Position numbers and translations under genes: made by a program. Source: Betaproteobacteria bacterium (GTDB taxonomy: Bacteria > Pseudomonadota > Gammaproteobacteria > Burkholderiales > SHXO01). From it: a stretch of 64,000 nucleotides of DNA. Shown in pieces: positions 41,911 to 51,233 of the stretch. The notes beneath the pieces are model-generated. The model saw only the letters and a program-made list of their open reading frames with translations, was not told the origin of the DNA and did no database searches. The stretch's first letter is position 1. Each line of letters opens with the position of its first letter. Location: assembly GCA_009693245.1 (NCBI GenBank), contig SHXO01000001.1, positions 3,506-67,505 on the forward strand, given 5' to 3'.

Positions 41911-42884
41911 GATGGCATCGGCACCCGTGCTAGCCCATCCAACACCTCTCCCAATGCCGGCGCGGCTTTTCCCGTGCCGATATTGAGCACATGGCGAGAA
42001 CCGTATACGCCTGTGGCGCGGGGGCTCGTCGCGCAATAGATGCCCAACGTGGGCGTGCCAAGCGCGGCCGCCAAGTGGGTCAATCCCGTATCGACCCCGG
42101 CTGCGAGACTGGCGCCCCCGAGTAACGCCGCCATCTTGTCCAAGGGCAGATGGGGAGGCACCACGGCTCGCGGAATCAATTGGGCCAGCCTTGTGCTGCG
42201 TTCGTGCTCCGCATTACTTGCCCAGGGTAATACGACTTGCAAGCCCTTCCCCGCGACGTAGGCACCGAGCTTCGACCATTGGTGCTCGGGCCAGAGCTTG
42301 GAGTCGGCGCTGGTCGAGTGCAGAAACACGCAATAGTGGCGGCCACGTAGGCCGAGATACCAGTCGTCATGGTCAATGAGCTTGGCATCGGCACGAACTC
42401 CGAATTCGGCCGAGCCTTCGGGACGATAGCCAAGCGCCTTGGCGGCCAATGCGCGATTTCTCTCCACCGCATGCACAGACCGCGCAACGCGATGGGTTTC
42501 GTGATAGAAAAGTCCCAAGGGTTCGCGCGCGCTTTTCCAGTCGAATCCCACCTTACGACCGTGGGCCAGGGCGCACACGAGAGCGCTTTTCAGCAATCCT
42601 TGCGTGTCGATGACGACGTCGTAAGATTGCGCTTGGATAGCATCGCGCATTTGCGAGATTTCCCGCCTGCAGGCCGCCTGAAGCAGGCTTTTTCGCCATC
42701 GTCGCAAGGCCACGGGGAATACCCGGGCTACCCCTGGGTGGAGCGCAGGCAATAGACGGAAATTTTCTTCGACCGCCCAATGAACATCGGCGCCGGGAAT
42801 CCACCGGTGAATATCCGTGACCACGGGGTAGTTGTGAACGACGTCGCCGAGAGAGGAGGTTTTGACCAAAAGGATGCGAGGCAT
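41907..42884 (-). CDS. waaC: lipopolysaccharide heptosyltransferase I
   Basis: MPRILLVKTSSLGDVVHNYPVVTDI..., GT9 motifs (GVDTGLTHLAAALGTPT). Confidence 0.85.
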   Translation of the reverse strand: MPRILLVKTSSLGDVVHNYPVVTDIHRWIPGADVHWAVEENFRLLPALHPGVARVFPVALRRWRKSLLQAACRREISQMRDAIQAQSYDVVIDTQGLLKSALVCALAHGRKVGFDWKSAREPLGLFYHETHRVARSVHAVERNRALAAKALGYRPEGSAEFGVRADAKLIDHDDWYLGLRGRHYCVFLHSTSADSKLWPEHQWSKLGAYVAGKGLQVVLPWASNAEHERSTRLAQLIPRAVVPPHLPLDKMAALLGGASLAAGVDTGLTHLAAALGTPTLGIYCATSPRATGVYGSRHVLNIGTGKAAPALGEVLDGLARVPMPS

Positions 42885-43024
42885 GACATCATTCTACGGA
42901 CTATGAGCCCGCCGCCAAAATGTGGCGGTTCGCGGCGCATATCTTGCTCTCTCCGGCGCACTTGCACCACTTCCATTTCTACGCCCATGCCACGCAACCA
43001 GGACAACGCCGTTAAGGCTCCGCG

Positions 43025-44017
43025 ATGAGAGTGTTGGTTACGGGCTGCGCCGGATTCATCGGAATGCACCTTTCCCGCCGCCTACTGGACGATGGAGTGA
43101 ACGTCGTAGGTGTGGATAACATCAACGATTACTACGATCCCAATTTGAAACTTGCGCGCCTTGAGCGGCTGTCTATTTCCAAGGCCTTCGAGTTTCACCG
43201 ATTCGATCTCGCCGATAGGGGCGCCGTGGATAAGCTGTTTAGCACGGGCAACTTTGACCGTGTAATCCATCTCGCCGCCCAAGCCGGTGTGCGCTATTCC
43301 CTCACCCACCCGCACGCCTACATCAATTCGAATATCGTGGCCTTCGCCAATTTGCTGGAGGCATGCCGCACGCATCCCCCAGGGCATTTGATCTACGCCA
43401 GCAGCTCCAGCGTGTACGGCGGAAATCGAAAACTACCCTTCAGCGTATCGGACCGCACCGATAATCCCATTAGCCTCTACGCGGCAACAAAGAAAGCCAA
43501 TGAGCTCATGGCGCATACCTACAGCCACCTCTACGGGATTCCCTCCACGGGGTTGCGCTTCTTCACCGTCTACGGCCCTTGGGGCCGGCCGGACATGTCG
43601 GCATTTTTGTTCACTCGCGCCATCCTGGCGGGCGAGCCCATTAAGGTCTTCAACCACGGGAATATGGAACGGGACTTCACCTACGTGGACGACATCGTCG
43701 AAGGCGTGGTGCGAGTCATGAACGCCATTCCGCCCACGCAAGGAGCCGCGCCTTACCGTTTGTACAACATCGGAAACCACCGGCCGGAGCCGTTACTTAG
43801 ATTTATCGAAATCCTTGAACAAGTGCTTGGGAAACCGGCGCGCAAGGAATTCTTGCCCATGCAGCCAGGCGATGTGCCTTCCACCTATGCAGACGTGGAG
43901 GATTTGCGCCAGGCCGTTGGATTTGCCCCCGATACTTCGCTGGAAACGGGATTGCACCGCTTCGCGCAGTGGTATCGCGATTACTACAAAATTCAAGACA
44001 GGAGTAAGCATGGCTGA
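43025..44017 (+). CDS. NAD-dependent nucleotide-sugar epimerase (UDP-glucuronate 4-epimerase-like SDR)
   Basis: MRVLVTGCAGFIGMHL, YAATKKANE catalytic motif; 330 aa. Confidence 0.8.
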   Translation: MRVLVTGCAGFIGMHLSRRLLDDGVNVVGVDNINDYYDPNLKLARLERLSISKAFEFHRFDLADRGAVDKLFSTGNFDRVIHLAAQAGVRYSLTHPHAYINSNIVAFANLLEACRTHPPGHLIYASSSSVYGGNRKLPFSVSDRTDNPISLYAATKKANELMAHTYSHLYGIPSTGLRFFTVYGPWGRPDMSAFLFTRAILAGEPIKVFNHGNMERDFTYVDDIVEGVVRVMNAIPPTQGAAPYRLYNIGNHRPEPLLRFIEILEQVLGKPARKEFLPMQPGDVPSTYADVEDLRQAVGFAPDTSLETGLHRFAQWYRDYYKIQDRSKHG

Positions 44018-45293
44018 TCAAGTCGCTGTGGTAGGTTTGGGTTATGTGGGTCTGCCGCTCGCCATCGAGTTCGGTAAGAAGCTGCCCACCATCGGGTTCG
44101 ATCTTTCCGAGCGCAAAATTGCCGCCTACAAGAAGGGCTACGATCCCACGGGCGAGGTGGAAAAAGAAGCCTTCGTTCAAGCCAAGCATCTGGTGGTGAC
44201 GACCGATGCCCGGGAGCTTAGGAAGGCGAATTTGGTCATCGTCGCGGTGCCAACACCCATCGATGCTGCCCGCCAGCCAGATCTCACGCCGCTCGTCTCG
44301 GCCAGCAGGACGGTGGGGCAAAACCTATGCCCCGGCGCTACCATCGTGTTCGAGTCCACCGTGTACCCTGGCGCTACCGAGGAGGTCTGTGTTCCGGAAA
44401 TCGAACGGGTATCCGGAAAGAAATGGAAGAAAGACTTTTTCGTCGGGTACTCACCTGAGCGCATCAACCCCGGCGACAAAGAGCACACGCTGACGCGCAT
44501 CACCAAGGTGGTTTCAGGCGATAGTCCGGAGACGCTGGAAAAGGCGGCGAAACTCTACAGTACGGTGGTGACGGCCGGGGTATACAGAGCCAGTTACATC
44601 AAAGTTGCCGAGGCCGCCAAGGTGGTCGAGAACACGCAGCGCGATCTGAACATCGCCTTGATGAACGAACTTTCCATCATCTTCCAGAAGATCGGTATCG
44701 ATACCCTGGAGGTTCTACAGGCGGCGGGAACGAAGTGGAACTTCCTGCCATTCCGCCCAGGGCTTGTCGGAGGCCATTGCATCGGCGTCGATCCCTACTA
44801 CCTCACCCATAAGGCCGAGATGCTGGGCTATCACCCGGAGGTCATCCTTGCGGGACGCCGTATCAACGACGGCATGGGCAAGTTCATCGCGGAGCAGACC
44901 GTCAAGCAAATGATCAGCACCGGCAGCTCGGTCAAGGGCGCGAAGATCACCGTGCTGGGATTGACCTTCAAGGAAGACGTGCCCGATCTACGCAATTCCA
45001 AGGTGATCGACGTGGTGCGCGAACTTCAAACCTATGGTATCCAGGTCTCGATTCATGATCCCATCGCCGAATCCGACGAGGCCCACGAAGAGTACGGAGT
45101 ACACCTCACCCAATGGGAAGATCTGCCCCAGGCCGACGCCATCGTCGCCGCCGTTTCCCGCCGCTGGTACAAGCAGCAACCCATCGAGACGCTGGTAGGC
45201 AAGATGAAAAAGGGCGGCTGTTTCGTCGACGTCAAATCAGCTTTTGATCCGGCCAAGGTCGAAGCGCTGGGCGCACGGCATTGGAGGCTGTAG
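44010..45293 (+). CDS. nucleotide-sugar dehydrogenase (UDP-glucose/GDP-mannose dehydrogenase family, TviB/WbpO-like)
   Basis: From ATG 44010: MADQVAVVGLGYVGLPLAIEF. Catalytic Cys region GLVGGHCIGVDPYY. Overlaps the epimerase stop by 8 nt. Confidence 0.85.
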   Translation: MADQVAVVGLGYVGLPLAIEFGKKLPTIGFDLSERKIAAYKKGYDPTGEVEKEAFVQAKHLVVTTDARELRKANLVIVAVPTPIDAARQPDLTPLVSASRTVGQNLCPGATIVFESTVYPGATEEVCVPEIERVSGKKWKKDFFVGYSPERINPGDKEHTLTRITKVVSGDSPETLEKAAKLYSTVVTAGVYRASYIKVAEAAKVVENTQRDLNIALMNELSIIFQKIGIDTLEVLQAAGTKWNFLPFRPGLVGGHCIGVDPYYLTHKAEMLGYHPEVILAGRRINDGMGKFIAEQTVKQMISTGSSVKGAKITVLGLTFKEDVPDLRNSKVIDVVRELQTYGIQVSIHDPIAESDEAHEEYGVHLTQWEDLPQADAIVAAVSRRWYKQQPIETLVGKMKKGGCFVDVKSAFDPAKVEALGARHWRL

Positions 45294-45348
45294 ACGTGAG
45301 ACGTGAAGGGGGAAGCGTGGTGAGACGTGAAGCGTGAAAGGCGAAGCC
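45293..45348. repeat. cluster of GTGAAG/GACGTGA short repeats flanking the four-helix-bundle cassette (left arm)
   Basis: GACGTGAGACGTGAAGGGGGAAGCGTGGTGAGACGTGAAGCGTGAAAGGCGAAGC. 45302-45317 is the inverted partner of 45752-45767, matching at 15 of 16 positions. Confidence 0.7.
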
Positions 45349-45366
45349 CGGAAGGTGCGAGTATCA

Positions 45367-45711
45367 ATGGGCCATAAAGATCTCGACGCATGGCGGGAAG
45401 CCATGAGCCTATTCGAGGATATATACCGGCCTACCCAGAATTTCCCGGCGGAGGAGCGCTACGGATTGAGCTCGCAGATGCGCCGCGCCGCCGCATCGGT
45501 GCCCAGCAATTTGGCTGAGGGAGCCGCACGGCGTTCGAGCCGCGAGTTCGCCAATTTTCTGGGGATCGCCTTAGGTTCCTTGGCGGAACTCGAAACCCAG
45601 CAAATTATCGCAACTAGGCTGAAGTAGGGAAACGCGGACGAATTGTTGCCACGAGTGGCCCGGGTGCGCTCGCTACTGCTTGGAATTCGAAAGCATCAGA
45701 TGTCCCGGTGA
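45367..45711 (+). pseudogene. four-helix-bundle protein (TIGR02436 / 23S rRNA IVS-protein family) with an in-frame TAG at 45625
   Basis: MGHKDLDAWREAMSLFEDIYRPTQNFPAEERYGLSSQMRRAAASVPSNLAEGAARRSSREFANFLGIALGSLAELETQ is the family signature. The frame continues after the TAG as GNADELLPRVARVRSLLLGIRKHQMSR*, the expected fourth helix. Confidence 0.75.
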
Positions 45712-45729
45712 TGCCCAACTTCGCCACTA

Positions 45730-45768
45730 GCGCTTCACCCTTCACCCTTCGCGCTTCACCCTTCACGG
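45730..45768. repeat. CTTCACC repeat cluster (right arm, inverted relative to the left arm)
   Basis: GCGCTTCACCCTTCACCCTTCGCGCTTCACCCTTCACGG. It overlaps the last codons and the stop of manC. Confidence 0.7.
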
Positions 45769-47176
45769 CGGTAAAGGTCTTCGAAGCGGACAATGTCGTC
45801 CTCTTCCAGGTAGTTCGCGCTTTGCACCTCGATCATCACCAGATCGACCCGCCCTGGGTTTTCCAAGCGGTGTTTATTGCCGGCGGGGATGTAAGTCGAT
45901 TCGTTCGTGCGAACCAATAGATCCTTGTCGCCATTGATCACTTTCGCGGTCCCGGAGACCACGATCCAGTGTTCGCTGCGGTGGTAATGCATTTGCAGGC
46001 TGAGGGAGGCGCCCGGTTTCACCACGATGCGCTTCATCTTGAAGCCCTCCCCCTCTTCCAGTACGGTGTAGCTGCTACAGGGACGGGGCACAGTCTTGTG
46101 CAGCCTGTAGCTCTCGTGCCTGGCGAATTTTAACTGCTGCGCGGCCTTCTTCACATCATGCACGTGATCTTCATGCACAACCAGTAAAGCGTCTGGCGTA
46201 TCGACGATCATCAGGTTCTGCACCCCTACCGCCGCCACCATGCGCTCGGCGCTTTGCACGTAGCAATTGCGGCTATTCACCATCAGAGCCGGGCCTTGAA
46301 CCCGGTTACCGGAAGCGTCGGGTGCGGTGAGGTCCATGATGGCGGCCCAGGATCCGACATCACTCCAATCGAATTCCGCCGGGACCAGAGCGACGCGCCG
46401 AGATTTTTCCATGACCGCATAGTCCACGGAGATGTCGGTCATTTTCGCGAACAATTCCGCATCGAGCTTGACGTGATCGCCTTTCGGCTGAGCAGCAGCC
46501 CAACAGGCTTGCGCGCCCGCCAGGACTTCAGGTGCGGATAGACCAAGCTCCTCAAGAAATAGGCTGGCACGAAAGCAGAACATGCCGGAATTCCATAGAT
46601 ACTTGCCCGAAGCCAACATGTCGCGCGCGGTGGTTTCATCGGGCTTCTCGGTGAACCGGGCAGCTTCCCAGCCGGCGCCACCTTCGAGGGCACGGCCACG
46701 CTCGATATAGCCGAATCCAGTGTCCGGACGGGTCGGCGGAATGCCGAAAGTTACCAAGTATCCCTCGGAAGCCAGCGTTTGAGCTTGGCCCACCGCTGCG
46801 GCGAAGGCCGCCGTGTCATGCACTAGGTGATTCGCAGGGAGGATGAGAAGCACCACATCCTCGCCATAACGCTCTTGCGCGCATAGAGCACCAACGGCAA
46901 GGGCGGGAGCGGTGTTGCGCGCACAGGGCCCCAGAACATAGAAGTGTCTTGCGGGGAATTCCGCGCCCTTGTATTCGTCCCGCGCGATGAAAAAATGCTC
47001 GTGGTTGGTGACCGTCAGGATATCGCTGACACCAGCCACCCCGGATAGACGCCGGACGGTTTTTGCAGCAGGCTCAAACCATCTTGCAGTTTGATGAAGG
47101 GTTTCGGATAGGCCTCGCGCGATACCGGCCAGAGCCGCGTACCACTGCCACCAGAGAGAATGACTGGAATAAGCAT
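45756..47176 (-). pseudogene. manC: mannose-1-phosphate guanylyltransferase / mannose-6-phosphate isomerase, frameshifted in a T5 run (47060-47064) or a sequencing error
   Basis: The N-terminal 40 aa MLIPVILSGGSGTRLWPVSREAYPKPFIKLQDGLSLLQK are in ORF 47015..47368. The remainder (TVRRLSGVAGVSDILTVTNHEHFF... through the cupin PMI domain) is in ORF 45756..47240. One extra A/T joins them. Confidence 0.85.
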
Positions 47177-47370
47177 GTAAGCCTTTATGGTTCGAGGCGA
47201 TTGGGTCTGAAACACCGGGTCGTGCGAGAAACATGCCCATGGCATCGGGGGCGGGCCCGCATGATAAGATCCCCGCTCAATGTTTTGTATTACAACAGCA
47301 TCATAGCGAACTTGACCCAGACCGCTGGCGCGGACTTTCCTCCTCCACCGGGACCGGCCCGAACCCATCC

Positions 47371-48441
47371 ATGAGGGTGGCTGTGGTTGGCGGCGGAATC
47401 AACGGTGTGATGTCGGCTTGGGCGCTGGCCAACCTAGGATGCGAGGTCACCGTGTTCGAGCGCGGCGAACTCATGGGCGCGACCAGTTCCGCTTCCACCA
47501 AACTCTTGCATGGCGGTATTCGTTACCTGGAGCAGGGACATTTCGGTTTGGTGCGGGAAGCCTTGCGAGAAAGGACGTGGTGGATTCAGCAAGCCCCCCA
47601 CCTTGCCCGGCCCATCGAGATACTGATGCCGGTGTACACGTCTTCACGCCGAGGAAAGTGGATCATGCGCCTTGGCTTGGCGGTGTACGACTGGCTGTGC
47701 GGCCAGCGCCGCCTCGGCACGACGCGCTGGCTAGATCCTACGCAGATGCAAAGCCGGGTGCCAGGAATTCGGCGAGACGGGCTTCTAGGGGCCTACGCTT
47801 TCTTCGACGGCCAGATGGATGACCGGGCGCTGGGTTGCTGGGCTGCCGAACAGGCCAAGGCAAAAGGTGCCGAGTGCCGCGAGCATCATCCCGTTAACAG
47901 CATCACGGCCCATGGCGAGCTCACCACGGCGGGCGGCAAGACCCACCGCTATGACAGAATCGTCAACGCGGCGGGACCTTGGGCGGGGAAACTTCTAAGA
48001 GACAGCGGCATCGCGTCGCGCTACGAACTAGACTTGGTGCGGGGCAGCCACTTACTGTTGGACCGCCCGCTGAGGCAAGGCATCTTGCTCGAGGCGCCCG
48101 GCAGCCCGCGAATCTTCTTCGTCCTGCCGTACCAAGGCCGCACATTGATTGGAACCACGGAAGCTAGGCAGACATTGGACGACTCCATCCGTTGTTCCGG
48201 GGAAGAGCAAAATGCCCTCATCGAATTGCACAACACGTATCTCGAACCCGCGATCACAGCCGAAGACATCCAGACCACTTTCGCCGGCCTGAGGCCTCTA
48301 CTTAGGTCTCACGCAAACCCAACCCGGGCAACCCGAGAATACGTGCTGGAACGGACGGATCGCCTCGTTACAATCTTCGGCGGGAAATGGACTACCTCGC
48401 GGGCGCTTGGCGAGAAAGCCGCCGCACTTACATTGCACTAA
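47371..48441 (+). CDS. FAD-dependent oxidoreductase (GlpD/DAO family)
   Basis: From ATG 47371: MRVAVVGGGINGVMSAWALANLGCEVTVFER dinucleotide-binding motif, then KLLHGGIRYLEQ. Confidence 0.7.
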   Translation: MRVAVVGGGINGVMSAWALANLGCEVTVFERGELMGATSSASTKLLHGGIRYLEQGHFGLVREALRERTWWIQQAPHLARPIEILMPVYTSSRRGKWIMRLGLAVYDWLCGQRRLGTTRWLDPTQMQSRVPGIRRDGLLGAYAFFDGQMDDRALGCWAAEQAKAKGAECREHHPVNSITAHGELTTAGGKTHRYDRIVNAAGPWAGKLLRDSGIASRYELDLVRGSHLLLDRPLRQGILLEAPGSPRIFFVLPYQGRTLIGTTEARQTLDDSIRCSGEEQNALIELHNTYLEPAITAEDIQTTFAGLRPLLRSHANPTRATREYVLERTDRLVTIFGGKWTTSRALGEKAAALTLH

Positions 48442-48443
48442 TC

Positions 48444-49538
48444 ATGGATTTCATCGACCTCAAGACCCAATACGCCGCGCTCAAGACCTCCATCGACGCG
48501 CGTATTCAGCGTGTCCTCGATCACGGGCAGTACATCATGGGCCCCGAGGTATCCGAGCTGGAGGAAAAGCTCGCGGCCTACACTGGCGCCAAGAACTGCA
48601 TCACCTGCGCGAGTGGCACGGACGCTCTGCTCATTTCATTAATGGCGCTGGACATAGGGCCGGGCGACGAAGTCATCACCACGCCCTTCACCTTCGTTGC
48701 CACCGCCGAAGTCATTGTGCTGGCGGGCGCAAAACCCGTGTTCGTCGATGTCCAGCCGGACACCGCCAACATCGACCCCAGGCAGATCGAAGCCGCTATC
48801 ACGCCGCGCACCCGCGTCATCATGCCCGTGGCGCTTTACGGGCAACCCGCGGACATGGACGAGATCAACGCCATCGCCGCGCGCCACAGCTTGCCTGTCA
48901 TCGAGGACGCCGCCCAGAGCTTCGGTGCAACCTACAAGGGAAGGAAAAGCTGCAACCTATCCGCCATCGGCTGCACCAGTTTCTTCCCGAGTAAACCGCT
49001 AGGGTGTTATGGAGATGGCGGCGCGATCTTCACCAACGACGACGACATGGCCAAAGCCATGCGCGAAATCCGCGTTCATGGACAGGAAAAACGCTACTAC
49101 CACACGCGCGTCGGCATCGGGGGGCGCATGGACACGATCCAATGCGCGGTCGTGCTGGGTAAGTTAGAGCGATTCGAGTGGGAGCTCGATCAGCGCGCCC
49201 TCGTTGCCCAGCGTTATCGAAAAGGCTTCGCCAACGCCGCGCCCGCTATCGAGATGTTCAAACTTCGCCCGGACCGCACCAGCGCCTACGCGCAATACAC
49301 CATCAAAGTTCAGGACCGCGACAAACTCGAAGCGGCGCTGAAAGTCGCTGGAATACCAACGGCCGTTCACTATCCTGTCCCGTTGCACCGCCAACCCGCC
49401 TATGCACAGTGGGCGAAAGGCGCACGCTTTCCAGTCTCCGAGCAGTTGGCCAGCCAGGTCATCAGTTTGCCCATGCACGCGGATCTTGGCGGCGAAGTCC
49501 AAGAACGCATCGTGGGCGCATTGAAGAGTTGCGCGTAA
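48444..49538 (+). CDS. DegT/DnrJ/EryC1/StrS family sugar aminotransferase
   Basis: From ATG 48444: MDFIDLKTQYAALKTSIDARIQRVLDHGQYIMGPEV. A candidate PLP-lysine region FFPSKPLGCYGDGG. Confidence 0.85.
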   Translation: MDFIDLKTQYAALKTSIDARIQRVLDHGQYIMGPEVSELEEKLAAYTGAKNCITCASGTDALLISLMALDIGPGDEVITTPFTFVATAEVIVLAGAKPVFVDVQPDTANIDPRQIEAAITPRTRVIMPVALYGQPADMDEINAIAARHSLPVIEDAAQSFGATYKGRKSCNLSAIGCTSFFPSKPLGCYGDGGAIFTNDDDMAKAMREIRVHGQEKRYYHTRVGIGGRMDTIQCAVVLGKLERFEWELDQRALVAQRYRKGFANAAPAIEMFKLRPDRTSAYAQYTIKVQDRDKLEAALKVAGIPTAVHYPVPLHRQPAYAQWAKGARFPVSEQLASQVISLPMHADLGGEVQERIVGALKSCA

Positions 49539-49608
49539 TGCGGGCTAACCTTGATCCTCGTGGCTAATTGGCCTAGCCTTCTAACTTAGTCCACAAGATG
49601 GGGTGTCC

Positions 49609-49842
49609 ATGTCCGACGTTGTCAACGTTCGCGAGGCAAAAACCCATCTTTCCCAACTGGTCGAGCGTGTGTGCAAGGGCGAGGAAATTATCCTGGCGAA
49701 GGCCGGAAAACCATGCGCGAGGCTAGTGCCGCTTGAGCCACCCGCGCGGCGCACCCCTGGACTTCTCAAGGGAAAATTCAAGCTGGGGAAGGAGTTTTTT
49801 GAGCCACTGCCAGACGAAGAGCTTGCGGCTTGGTATAAGTGA
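49609..49842 (+). CDS. type II antitoxin, Phd/YefM (prevent-host-death) family
   Basis: MSDVVNVREAKTHLSQLVERVCKGEEIILAKAGKPCARLVP. Alternative start GTG 49603. GTGA overlap with the downstream PIN remnant. Confidence 0.8.
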   Translation: MSDVVNVREAKTHLSQLVERVCKGEEIILAKAGKPCARLVPLEPPARRTPGLLKGKFKLGKEFFEPLPDEELAAWYK

Positions 49843-49988
49843 GGCTCCTTCTCGATACGCACGTATTACTCTGGTGGTTGCTCGAAAATAGAGACGATCT
49901 GGTGAGCGGCTTGCAACCATGCATGTGCTCGAGCTATTGCTGTAAGCGACGGGCTGCTTGCCCATTTTCCCTGAGATCCTGCGGCTGA
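49839..49988 (+). pseudogene. remnant of a PIN-domain (VapC-like) toxin
   Basis: GTG 49839 opens VRLLLDTHVLLWWLLEN, a typical VapC N-terminus including the first acidic PIN residue. After about 20 aa the sequence is not PIN-like and stops at 49988. A full PIN domain would be about 130 aa. Confidence 0.6.
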
Positions 49989-50004
49989 CGCAGGTTGACC
50001 ACGC

Positions 50005-50240
50005 CTAGGCGGCGATCTTGCTGAACGGCGAAGTTGTGATGATGTAGTGACTCTGCCGAAGCAGGTAACGCTTTTCAACTAGGTGCCACATCGCGACTGC
50101 ACTCACGCTTACTGCGAGAATTACGGCATTCAGAAAGTACCAAGGGCTCTCCCCGAACCAGCCCATCTGGAGAAAGACCTGGATTATGGGAAAGTGAAGG
50201 ATGTAAACGCCATATGAAAAATCCCCGTACTTGCCGAAAT
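50005..50240 (-). pseudogene. 3' fragment of an acyltransferase family 3 gene, cut at the IS21 end
   Basis: Encodes FGKYGDFSYGVYILHFPIIQVFL...AMWHLVEKRYL, the C-terminal acyltransferase_3 motif. Homology starts exactly at the IS boundary (50240/50241). The region is visibly AT-richer than its surroundings. Confidence 0.65.
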
Positions 50241-50408
50241 TGTTGGCGCCGATTGAATTTTGACCACCTGTGCCGATTGAATCTTGACCAGGGGCTTTTG
50301 CTGGTTTGATTGCTACCAGCTGTGTATAACTATACCGATATGTTCGCTTCCTTTCTTTTTTGATCTGCATTTACAGCGCGCAGGGCGTAGCCCGTAGCGC
50401 CTCCCTGA

Positions 50409-51233
50409 TCAGAACGGCTCTTGTGTCGGCAGTTGAATTTCTTCTTCCTTAATACCTCCTTTACGGCTTTGTTCCCTGGCCTTGATTTGGCTTTTGGCCT
50501 TCCTAGAGCTGTGCAGGAACCGGTAAGACTCATTGCCCGTTTCGACGATATGACAGTGGTGGGTTAAGCGGTCGAGGAATGCCGTTGTCATCTTGGCATC
50601 TCCAAACACGCTGGACCATTCAGCAAACGTCAGGTTTGTCGTAATCAACACACTGGTGTGCTCGTACAGTTTGGACAGCAGATGAAACAGCAGTGCACCC
50701 CCAGCCTGGCTGAACGGAAGGTAGCCCAACTCATCGAGCACCACCAAATCCAGACGCGCCAAACTCTGGGCAATGCGCCCTGACTTGTTCAACAGCTTTT
50801 CGTGCTCCAGCGCATTGACCAGATCCACCGTCGAGTAGAACCGCACCTTCTTGCTGTGCCGGGTAACACCAGACACACTCAACGCCGTGGCCAGATGCGT
50901 CTTGCCCGTGCCAGGCCGACCAATAAGCACCACGTTGTGCGCCTCCTGGGTAAAGGACAAATCAGATAGCTTTTGAATTAACGCCTTGTCCACGGGCGAG
51001 GCCGCAAAGTCAAAGCCAGCCAAGTCCCGGTGCAAAGGAAAGCGCGCTGACTTCATCTGGTGTGAGATGGAGCGCATCTCGCGATTGGTGTCCTCAGCCT
51101 GTAGCAAATGCTCAATTAACCACTGGGAGCTCTGCACCCGGCCGGTTTCCCCACCCTCAGTCAACTCCTCCCAGGCCGTGGCCATGCCATGCAAGCGCAA
51201 CGATTTCAAACTGGTTTTGATATCAACGTCCAT
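50409..51233 (-). CDS. istB: IS21 helper ATPase IstB
   Basis: From ATG 51233: [24 protein letters not shown]. Walker [15 protein letters not shown], Walker [10 protein letters not shown]. Confidence 0.9.
   Translation of the reverse strand: MDVDIKTSLKSLRLHGMATAWEELTEGGETGRVQSSQWLIEHLLQAEDTNREMRSISHQMKSARFPLHRDLAGFDFAASPVDKALIQKLSDLSFTQEAHNVVLIGRPGTGKTHLATALSVSGVTRHSKKVRFYSTVDLVNALEHEKLLNKSGRIAQSLARLDLVVLDELGYLPFSQAGGALLFHLLSKLYEHTSVLITTNLTFAEWSSVFGDAKMTTAFLDRLTHHCHIVETGNESYRFLHSSRKAKSQIKAREQSRKGGIKEEEIQLPTQEPF

Noticed and set aside
45293-45768. Whether the GTGAAG/CTTCAC repeat clusters could be a CRISPR array or a tandem VNTR.
   Set aside because: The units are only 6-9 nt long and irregular. 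They are not separated by unique spacers of constant length, and they occur as two inverted clusters around one ORF. There are no cas genes in the window.
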